Part shown: piece by piece, positions 54,722 to 64,000 of the stretch
Layout: each line of letters opens with the position of its first letter
Position numbering within the stretch: the stretch's first letter is position 1
Source: Camelus ferus
Taxonomy: Eukaryota
Assembly (NCBI RefSeq): GCF_009834535.1
Contig: NC_045696.1
Location: 119,290,001 to 119,354,000 of the forward strand
DNA length: 64,000 bases
Direction of reading: 5' to 3'
Position numbers and translations under genes: made by a program
The notes under the pieces: model-generated
The model's input: only the letters and a program-made list of their open reading frames with translations
What the model was told of the DNA's origin: nothing
Databases searched by the model: none

Positions 54722-54785
54722 CTCCCGTCGAACGACATCTGCAGTTCTCTCCAAGTGGTCAGTTTTCCTTCTGGATTTCATCATG
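54722..54785 (-). CDS. OXNAD1: OXNAD1 coding exon 2 (SMMKSRRKTDHLERTADVVRRE)
   Basis: AAG|C acceptor, GAG|GTGGGT donor; 64 nt completes codon 61; recognisable KTDHxERTA motif. Confidence 0.93.
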
Positions 54786-55036
54786 CTTTAACGGAAAGTA
54801 AAATTAGGTTATTAAGTATTGGCCTCATAAAATTAATTAATTAGTTAATTATCGTGACTATCCCAAATACAATATGGCATTATAGGTCCCAGAAAACAGC
54901 CAAAGACAATCTGCACATTTAACTAAAGCTTAACGATCTCCAAGCAAGCAAGGTGCTACGCGATGCCTCCCACAACCACCGGCAGGTCAGGTCTCTGAAA
55001 ATCAACCTCCAATGACACTGACGGCTGACAGCTCAC

Positions 55037-55155
55037 CTGCTGAGGGTAAGGTGGCGCACAGCGCTGGGCGGCGATCTCCACGAAGCAGCCTGCGTGCAGA
55101 TGGCCCTGGCACAGCCCTGCAGCCACCCAGGAATCATGACAGCGGTACAGGCCAT
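55037..55155 (-). CDS. OXNAD1: OXNAD1 coding exon 1 (MACTAVMIPGWLQGCARAICTQAASWRSPPSAVRHLTLS), likely mitochondrial presequence
   Basis: ATG at 55155 in GCGCCATGG context; acceptor AG at 55165-55164, exon starts 55163; donor CAG|GTGAGC; 119 nt; resembles the mammalian OXNAD1 N-terminus as I recall it. Confidence 0.9.
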
Positions 55156-55569
55156 GGCGCTTCCTGGGAAACATGAGATTCAAAGTGAAAACATTTGAAG
55201 CAAAAGTAGGGAAAGTCAGACCACCTCAGGGGCCAGTGAAGAAGAGTCTGGACTTTTGCTGGTGCTCTTATGAGCTGATCTAACAGCAAAACAATGAAGG
55301 GCCTGGCTTCACCCTGAGAAAGCTAGTGCTACTATTTAGAGTTGATTCGCTGGGTCGCCACAGAACACACATGTGTAATTACTGGTGCTGTCAAATGTTT
55401 ATGGTCTTTATTAGTTTCCAAAATCTCAGACCAAATTCACATGACTAATCTTATGCTATTAGAGAAGAAGAGTGATTTTGTAACTGCCTAGTAATTATAT
55501 TCTCCCCAGAGTACCACCTAGGTCTTCAGTGTTTCTTGTTAGACAACGCACAAGGTGCAGACAGATTTC

Positions 55570-56225
55570 CTGAGATTCACAGCAATAAGGATAAACAGAC
55601 TCCAACTACATGCAGTGACACAGATGAGTATCACAAACATCACGTTAAATGGGAAGAATGGAAGAAGCCAGACTCAAAAAAGCACATATTCTCTGAGCCT
55701 AGTCATCGAAACTACAAAAACAGGAAAAAAATAAATATATGAAGCTAGAAATCAAGTTAGCAGTTCCCACTGGCGAGGTGGTAGTGACAGTGTTGTTTCT
55801 GAACCTGAATGATGACTGCATGGGTATTCTCATTTTGAAAAAAACTTCATCAAAACACAGAGGAGTCTTAGGGCAGTAAAATACTCTGTATGATACCACG
55901 TGTCACTATACATCTGTCCAAATCCACAGAGCATACAACACCAGGAGTGAGTCATGGCGTTAGACTCTGGCTGATTATGATGTGTCAGTACAGGTCCATC
56001 AACTGTAACAAATATCCCACTCTTGGGTCGGGGGGTGACGGGGTAGGCTGTGCACGTGTCGGGGTGGGGAGTGTATGGGAAACCTCTGTACTCACCCGTC
56101 AACTTTGCTGTGAACCTAAAACTGCTCTAAAACAAATTAAGCCTTAAAAAAATGCAATTGATCCATCTTCTTAGGATTTATGTACTTCTGTCTATATGTT
56201 ACACTTCAATAACAAATTAAAAAAA
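55570..56225 (+). mobile_element. Ancient L1 3' ends (L1MC-like 55863-56150 within an older L1 3' end)
   Basis: gtatgggaaacctctgtact...ttgctgtgaacctaaaactgctctaaaa is a typical L1MC 3' end. Confidence 0.65.
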
Positions 56226-56384
56226 ATAAGCCAAAAGATTCTCCAGTATTTCAAATTCCAAAAACTACTGGCCTATCAGGAAAAGTACTGATTGGGAGTG
56301 GGATAACACATTTCTGCCTCCTGTCGTTCTGTTTTCCTCAGCCAGTTTTTGAAACATTTCTTTGCCTGAGATGGCCTCTTTTAA

Positions 56385-56547
56385 AAAAAAAAAAAAATTA
56401 TTTATTATTTAATTATTTCTTATTTTGGCCAGAGGTGGGGAGATAATCAGGTGTATTTATTTTTAGAGGAGGTAGTGGGGACTGAACCCAGGACCACCTC
56501 GTGCACGCTAGGCACGCGCTCTGCCACTTGAGCTATACCCTCCCCCT
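56385..56547 (-). mobile_element. tRNA-derived SINE with extended tail
   Basis: Reverse SINE body; 18-bp perfect TSD TGAGATGGCCTCTTTTAA at 56367-56384 and 56548-56565. Confidence 0.92.
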
Positions 56548-56979
56548 TGAGATGGCCTCTTTTAACATGTTATATTGCCTTGTACATCTGCCTTTCCCTA
56601 TCTGAGTCAGCTTGAGCATAAATGAAAATGTGTGAACACTCTAGTTTCTGAGACCTTTGAAGGCACCATATAAACTCATTGTAACAAATCTAACGTTAGA
56701 AGAGATTCACGCGCAGTGTGCTGACATTCCTCCTCCACAATCGTGAATTTAGTCCTTCATTGGACTTATATTTATTAAGAGCCCATCACGTGGCACGCCC
56801 TGGGGATACAGACATGAACCAGGCAAAGACCTCGGGGAGCTTACATTTTAGAAGACAGAGACAGGAAATAAATAAAGGTAAATAAATCAAGTAGTGATAT
56901 AAGTCATATGCAATTTATTCAGCTACAGCCAAATCATATTAAAAAACTGCTCCATAACTAGTCTTTAGATAAGATCTAG

Positions 56980-57075
56980 AGGGGTGCGGGTATAACAGAT
57001 CAGTGGTAGAGCACGTGCTTGGCATGCACAGGGTCCTGGGTTCGATCCCCAGTGCCTCCGTTCAGGGGAGAAATA
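56980..57075 (+). mobile_element. tRNA-derived SINE
   Basis: tcagtggtagagcacgtgcttggcatgcacagggtcctgggttcgatcccc with an intact B box. Confidence 0.88.
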
Positions 57076-57272
57076 AATCTATTTCCTGCCAGAGTATGAC
57101 GCAGCCTCGGTGTGGAGGAACATGCCACTGGCTGTCTTTCTCCCTGGTCAATGAAAGAAGCATGAGGCCTCTTTCACCCCACGTAAGACTACTAAATGCA
57201 GTTTCTCTCCTTCGAATGTGCTAAACTAAAAATGGTAACGTCAATCACTGGAAGAAAGAAGGCGAAACTTAC

Positions 57273-57414
57273 TTCAGAAGCCCAAGAGCATTTAGGAGTC
57301 ATTAAGTGTAGGGCGGGCTGGCTGGCAATGTTCTGGTCCTGGAATTACACTGAGCCCTTTGGAGACACCCCGGCTGGAACAGTGTTTCCATACAGTGACA
57401 CTCCCACAAAATTC
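57273..57414 (-). other. OXNAD1: Candidate OXNAD1 5' UTR exon 2 (non-coding, contains uAUGs)
   Basis: CCATTGCAG|G acceptor and GAA|GTAAGT donor bound 142 nt of non-repeat sequence between the promoter and the ATG exon; no transcript evidence available. Confidence 0.55.
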
Positions 57415-58319
57415 CTGCAATGGCAGAGACGACATATAAGAACAATATTCTGGGAAACTGTTGAAAGGCACCGCTGTCTCTTAGCTGCAAAAGGAGAGGC
57501 TCGCTATAATCAGCCAGCACCACTCACAGCCAGCCTCTGCCATCCATTCCTCCTCCTCGGGTTTCTGCTTTTCTGTCTGGTTGTTTCTCTTGCTGTGTCT
57601 CGTTCTCAGTCTTCCTTGGCCTGTCTTTAACGCCTGCTGCTGCTTACTCAGGCTACCCACTCCACGAAAGCCAGACCAAGCGCCGGAAGGACAGTTATGT
57701 GTCATTTCCCTGATACTGTTGAACTGATGTAGAGTTAAATATGGACATGCTATTCTGCTCAATGTTTTGGACAAGTATTGCTAAAATAAACTGTCCTCTT
57801 ATAAGATATATCTTTTAGTGATCATGCTGTTTGAATGGTCTACTGCTCAGCTGAACTGGTATACAAAGAAACAGTAATCTTAAAAGCTGTACTCTTTAAA
57901 ATTCTAAAATCTTGTTTTTTAATGAGAGTAACCACGACCAAGAGTGACACCTATTGGTAAATAAAGGGTATTTTTTTATCAAATTGTGTTCAAAGTGCCT
58001 TCCAAAGCAATAAGGTATTAAAAAAAAAAAAAACTTCCCATATTTTGAAGTATGTCCACTGGTTTAATACATTCCATTTAAGTATTAATTAACTGTAAAA
58101 AAGTTATATATATTAAGTAATTTTCAAAACCAAAAAAGAATATTCTATCAATGTCTGTATCCCCATGGGCCTTAACTCACCAAATTTTTTTTTCTGAAAG
58201 AGAAAAGTATCATAAATGCTAAATAAAACTTCTGTCCATTTAAGGAGTTAAGTTACCGCAAGCAACAGCTTAAATTTAAGATTTAAAATGAACTCTACTA
58301 GTTTCTGTTCAATAAGTAC

Positions 58320-59000
58320 ATTTAAATTAATTGACACTTACTGGGGTGCCAGGCACTATTTTAGGCTGTGGAGACCCAATAAAGAAACAGACACGAGGCC
58401 CTGTCATTATGAAGTTTTTACCACAATGTGCACAACAGATAATAAACAGAGAATGAACAAGACAATTACAGGCTACCATGAGCGTGAGGAAGGAAGTAAG
58501 ATGGGTGGGGTAAGTGGGGGAGTATCAGGAAAGGTCTCTCTCAAGAGACATCTGAGCTGAGAGGCTGCCAAGCAGGCCCCATCACAGAAACAAGCCTGGT
58601 GTGTTACAGGAAGCAAGGCCAGTGTGACCGGACAGCAGTGAGCTGGGGAGAGGGACAGGAGATGAGGTGGAACAGGCAGACACGTGCCAGGTCACATCAG
58701 GCCCTGGGAAGGGTGTGGACTTTTTCCTAAGGGCCACGGGAAGCAACCGAGGGGTTGGAATAAACCAGGAGAGGGATGTAATCCAATTTACATTAAAAGA
58801 TCCCTCATAAAGACTAGACTGCAGCGGGGCAAGGGTCGAAACAGGAAATTCAGTTAGAAGGCTCTAGTCTAGGACTAGACAGGATAAAACTCTGAAACAG
58901 CAGAAGTTGATGGACATGGAGTACATTCTGGGATGAGAGTCCTACGACTTGCTGAGGGACTGGATGAGGCATGAGAAAGCAATGAGAGAAAGAAAAACCT
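58320..59000 (-). mobile_element. Degraded L2 LINE
   Basis: L2 3'-end-like cacttactggggtgccaggcactattttagg followed by a purine-rich body. Confidence 0.55.
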
Positions 59001-59414
59001 CCAAGAGCACTAATGCATTGAAATAAACTCACAGAACTAGCACCACGCCCTCTGATTTAGAATCCTAGGTGCCACTGAGGAAGCAAAGGGGCTCCTTGCA
59101 TTTGATAAGGGAACTCGAGTGGAATACAAGTTATTACAGAGCGCTTGGCACAGCATCAGCGGAACTGGGCTCAGATCTGACACCCTTTTGCTTGTTGACC
59201 TTGGGTCACCTCTTACTATCTGCAAATGGAGATGAGGTGCCAACACCACCTCACTGGACTGCTGAGAGGAATAAATGTCTGTGCAAGTACCTGGCAGGCA
59301 AGAGCGTTACTCAAAACCAACCCAAATAAGTTATCCCCGCCCAACAATCCAGAAAGGCAGTGGTCTGATGTTGCCGTAAACAACTGTCCAGCCTGACAGA
59401 ATACAGCACTGGGC

Positions 59415-59514
59415 GGAAGGAGGGGAACAGCTCAGAGGTGGAGCCCATGTTTAGCATGCACGAGGTCCTGGGTTCATTTCCCAGTACCGCCATTAAAAAC
59501 ATAAACAAACAAAT
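59415..59514 (+). mobile_element. tRNA-derived SINE
   Basis: cagctcagaggtggag...gcacgaggtcctgggttc...ccagtacc with an (AAAC)n tail; ACAGCACT repeated on both flanks. Confidence 0.85.
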
Positions 59515-62087
59515 AAACAGCACTCAGAAAATACAGCTGCTATCACATAATTACAACCTAGTTCTAAATTCAATGTTATACTAAGAATCCTGGTCAGTGT
59601 TATTTTCCAAATCAGCAGTGTTATGATTAAAAAACATTATTTTTAAACCATTAACCTGTGAACTCAAATGACTGTACAGCAACAAGTAAATCTGCTTTTG
59701 TTATGCTCTCAGAGCCCAAAACGTCTCATTATAAAATGTTTCTATTCCCTTCTAGGAGCAAATGTAAAGTTGAGTAGTCGCTGTAATGTTTTATTTTAAA
59801 AAGCTGGGTGGCATAAAATCACGCCTCACAGGCTTGGCTAGGGTTTCACTTTAATCAGCACAGTATGAACTCAGACAGGCAGAACCATACAGGGAACCAC
59901 CTGTGGCCAGACAAAGGGTAGCGACAGACTAGCAGGATGAAAGTAGGATGGAAGGTCGAGGTGACCCCCAAATCTAGGTCGCAAGGGAACCAGCGCTGCT
60001 CTAGCAGAGAATCTCAGCGTCTGCGGGGCGCCGGACAGAGCCCCAGGTGCTGCCAATTGAATCTAGCTTTGCTTCCAGCACCATCATGTCACAGGTGGCA
60101 CACAAGCTAATTAAGAGCCTCATTTCCGGGTCGGACAGGCCTGAGTTCTCATCACAGCTTACTGCCACTTACCAGCGTTGCCCCTTTGGGCGAGCTCCTA
60201 AACCTCAGCCCCTAAACCACAGGTTTCCCAATGATACTTATACTTCATTGGGCCATTTTAATGACATAATGGATGTAAACCATCTGGTACAGGGTCTGGA
60301 ACACAGGGTCAATTACTATTAATAACTGGTTCATTCATTTTCCTTTTTCCATTTTAGGTAATACTGAGAAAAGCTGAAAAATTACAACGAAAAAGTACCC
60401 ATCAACTCCTGTAACTTTTAGGATTACTAACCTCAGATTTTAAGATTACCCAGCAAATTGTTTTTGACAGATCCAAACTGCTTTCAAAAGGTCTATGAAT
60501 TTATATTTCCACAAACCAAATTATGACTGCTCTCATTTCTGTACATTAAAAAACGCTCACTTTTTTTTGTAGGTACTTATGCTCAGAAGCACTGAGGAAC
60601 TAAAGATGGTCCCCAACCTCAAAATGATCACTGGGGCCACAGAACAGACACTGGACTCTCTCCCCTGTCCTCCTCTCTACAAGAGGCTACTTGGAAAGTA
60701 TCCGTGCCTACAAAAATACAGGGTGCAGCCACTGAGCTGTGTGGACTTTGCTGGAATTTCTCCTTTGCTCTGAGCAGAATCATCCCAGTTAAGCATCCAC
60801 AGGTTTAACAAATGTTTAACAAATGTTAACTGCTGTGTAGATCTCCAATTAGGCAAAATGGAACGTTTGTGAAGCCTCTGAAATAATCTCCTATAAACCC
60901 CTTTAATGTAGTTCTAAATTTTCTCCCAGACTTCTCTGATCTCAGGTTTTCAAGCCATAAAAGGGCTAAATCAGGTGGAACTTCGGTGTGTACAAAATAG
61001 GTAACTTCATGCAAACCTAAATACGGTACATGTGATTGCTGAACCGAGTAAAACTCACAATTTCCATGCAAAAGTAGAATGTCAGATCTGAAAGGAATCT
61101 TGTAAATCACCTTTAACCCAATCCTTTTTTGGTCAGAAGAGGTAATAAGGCGCAAAGAATGTAAATATCCAGCTCCCAGAGCTAGTTCGCAACCATCATC
61201 TTCTGAGCCCCGATCTGCTTCTCAGCGATGATTTTTCACTGCATTCCTTCTCTATCAAGATAAGAATAAATGCCTAGTGATGCAATACCCCCTGTGAAAT
61301 CCCGTTTTACCAAAACAGGAACGAGCGCTGCTTTCAAGACAAACCACCTTTTACATACATGCCTACCGCTTCAAGGTACATAAAGACCTCGTAATCATAA
61401 CTCTGCATGCTGATACCACTTTTTTTTTTAAATAAACTGTGATTCATGTAAGTTATTTTTTCCCAGACTGTGGGAACAGACAGGCTCTTCATTGCCTAGT
61501 GTGTGATTTTGGTCAAGATACTTGACTGTATCTCAAAGATTAATAATGCGGAATAACATCTAAACTCTCAGGGTTGATGGAAGAATTATATTTAGTGCAA
61601 TACCTAACTGTAGTTAATAAGGTTAGATGCTTGGCAAACACAGGACTAGACCTCAACCTGCCCAACAGAACCTGCTTGGTCCTTTCGACAACACAATTTA
61701 GCACAAATGAAGACAACATGCGGTGAGGGAGAGGTGGGGGTGTACTTGAATCGCCGAGTGCAGCCAGAACTACACGGTACGCGTCCACCCTGAGCTCAAG
61801 GTCACTCGGTGAATCAAAATTCCATGGGAGCTTTTCGTCCGTATTTCGTCCGTAGGCGGGGAGGCAGGGAGGGAGGTTCGGGAGGCTGAGCTGTGTTCCC
61901 GCCGCCGCCTCAGACCCAGCAAAGCAGCGCGCCCTTTTGCCCCGGGGCGCCGACAGCCGGGTCGACGAAACCTAGGCCTGCTGCGGCCCTCCGCGCAGTT
62001 AAGGCCTCGCTAAAATCCGCGGAAGTGAAACACCGTAACCACCCCCGGAGGAAGGAATCTCCGCGCCAAAGCCGCGGGGGAACTCAC

Positions 62088-62160
62088 CTTACAAAGCGAG
62101 GCCAGCCTCCGCTCCTGGCACCGAAGAGCTTCCGGCGTGCCCAACGTGACGCAGCTGCCG
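62088..62160 (-). other. OXNAD1: Candidate OXNAD1 first non-coding exon (5' end approximate)
   Basis: Near-consensus donor AAG|GTGAGT at 62088/62087 inside the CpG island; the ATG exon has an acceptor, so an upstream exon is required. Confidence 0.65.
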
Positions 62161-62447
62161 CGCGAGCGACCCCCACGTTTCATTGGTCGTTGCCGCCCGA
62201 TGGGCGGAGAGGTGCGCGACCTCGCTGAGAGGTCTCCGCCCCCTAGCTCTGCCATCTCCATGGGGACCGCTAACCGGCACCCATTTGTCCTGCCAAGCCC
62301 GGAATTGCGTTATTGCCTATGCGCCGGAAGCGGTCGTTCCTGCGCCGGTGCGCGGTGACGTCACCAGGCTGGGCCGCCGCCCGCGAAGTAAGGCCCCGGC
62401 CTGAGTCGGAGGGCGGGGGCGGCAGTCCTGTGCTGGCCCCAGTGACG

Positions 62448-62555
62448 ATGGCGGTGTTTCACGACGAGGTGGAGATCGAGGACTTCCAATATGACGAGGA
62501 CTCGGAGACGTACTTCTACCCCTGCCCATGTGGCGATAACTTCTGCATCACTAAG
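62448..62555 (+). CDS. DPH3: DPH3 coding exon 1 ([36 protein letters not shown])
   Basis: CSL zinc-finger CPCG motif; ACGATGG start; AAG|GTAACT donor; 108 nt. Confidence 0.97.
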
Positions 62556-63075
62556 GTAACTTAAGGGCCACACCCCGCGACTTTTTGGAGCAGGCGCGAT
62601 CTCGCCCTGGTGCGGCCCTCCTGCCAGTCCGTCGCCCAGGTGGCCCCTAGTCATCCGCGCCCTTTTTTGATCCGTTCTTGAATTCCCCGAAGTTGATACT
62701 CTGAGGTGTCAGTGGGCACATAGTTGTGGCCTTCATTCGGGCCCCGAGGCGGGGCGGGAGCATGTCTTCTCGCCATCCTCTCCAACTTAAGGCTCCACTT
62801 TCTGGGATACTCCTGGAGGAAGGGACGTTTTTGTCTTCCCGGGGGTCTTGAGACGACTGAACCTTGATTCACCCTCCTGAGTGTTTCCCCCAAGTGACGC
62901 TTCCAGGGAAGAATGGAGCCGGCATTTCTTTTGCTTAGAAGGTCCTTGTGGTCCTCACATACTTTGTGGGGATGTAAGCCTCAAAGGAGCTTGCCCATAG
63001 AGGCGGGAGGGCTTGGGAGGAGGCGATCGCAAAGGGAAGACTGTGCTGACCATACGGTGTTTGATTTCGTTACAG

Positions 63076-63150
63076 GAGGATTTGGAGAATGGAGAAGACG
63101 TGGCAACGTGCCCTAGCTGCTCTCTCATTATAAAAGTGATTTATGACAAA
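63076..63150 (+). CDS. DPH3: DPH3 coding exon 2 ([25 protein letters not shown]); gene continues beyond the window
   Basis: TTACAG acceptor, AAA|GTAAGG donor; 75 nt; CxxCSL motif. Confidence 0.97.
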
Positions 63151-64000
63151 GTAAGGGGCCACATTTTAAAAGGTGAGGGGAGGGTTGGGAGGACCTAGAA
63201 GCAGACTGTGGTTTGTAAGTGGAGAATGTTGTCTAACAGTTTGGTAGGTAGATGCTATGTTTTGTAAAAACAAGTTTTAAAACCGGTAACTAAACAGCTG
63301 TCTTATAAAATTTTTAAAGCTCAAATTTAACTCATTTTAGCTTTGGAGAAGGCAATAGGGAAAACTGCTCTGAATCTAATGAAAATTATTGATTACTTAT
63401 TAGATACAGGAAAAATAATTGTAAAGATCATTTGACAGTCTTTATGTTTCCTTTATTTAATAATTAAAATTGTTCGGGTCTCTTGGACTTCTTTTGAAGG
63501 GAACAAGTGTATAGTATGTCTTACCTGACTTACACATAGAACTCTGCATTATCTTGTTTGAGATATAAGTCAGAGTTGCAAGTCTACAATTTTAATTTTA
63601 GTCTTTAGTTGTGCTTAGCATTTTCACCCAAGGATATTGACAATAGAAAACAAAATAAATGTTATTACTGCCCACCTTCACTTAAACTTTTGTTCAGTAC
63701 TTTGAAGGGAGTCTTAAGTAATAAACTTAACATTCTTTTTTTCTGGGTTTTTGTTTTTGAGATATAATTGACCTATAACAGAGCTTAACATTCATAAGGA
63801 AGAATCAAGGCACTTAGCCTCAGGACAGAAGCAGGCTGTAACTTAGACTACACTTTAGAGGCTTACTGATTTATTCCTGCATTTAAATGTGTTCTGGAAG
63901 AAAAAGAGAGCAGGACAAGGGAGATCAGGAATGCTGGTATGAGAAGGATTTGCAATTTTAGAGTGATCACAGCAGGTCTTATTAAGAAAGGCCTTACTGA

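Larger units (their letters stand above)
61740..62780. promoter_or_regulatory. CpG island / DPH3-OXNAD1 bidirectional promoter
   Basis: High CpG density; ETS/GABP cores (GCGGAAGTG 62019-62027, CTTCCGG 62129-62135, CCGGAAG 62324-62330), reverse CCAAT 62182-62186, GC box 62202-62207, CRE TGACGTCA 62356-62363; divergent genes on either side. Confidence 0.9.

Noticed and set aside
56980..57075. SINE copies as true tRNA genes
   Set aside because: They have A-rich tails and flanking duplications, are mutually diverged, and lack a proper acceptor stem.
60800..61860. Short tandem duplications (tttaacaaatg x2, tttcgtccgta x2)
   Set aside because: Two-unit slippage duplications with no spacers; not an array or CRISPR-like structure.

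Overview
Mammalian genomic DNA, probably a camelid (inferred from the tRNA-derived SINE family and L1 3' ends). The window holds the complete OXNAD1 gene on the minus strand: 7 coding exons giving 939 nt = 312 aa plus stop, all junctions GT-AG and in phase, with two probable 5' non-coding exons and a poly(A) signal near 11.8 kb. OXNAD1 sits head-to-head with DPH3 (plus strand; coding exons 1-2 in the window, the rest beyond it) across a CpG-island bidirectional promoter with ETS, CRE, CCAAT and GC boxes. Introns and flanks are repeat-rich: two related decayed class I ERV elements (one with an env TM remnant, one with an integrase C-terminal remnant and a fused L1 ORF1 piece), nested L1 clusters with readable TSDs, a solo LTR, six SINEs, and Tigger1/MER58-type DNA transposons. 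The most interesting hypothesis is that OXNAD1, a cytochrome-b5-reductase-like flavoprotein, is a co-regulated reductase for the iron electron carrier DPH3, with upstream AUGs on both genes possibly controlling compartment. Family names come from recognition, not database searches. Most short ORFs in the supplied track are noise.
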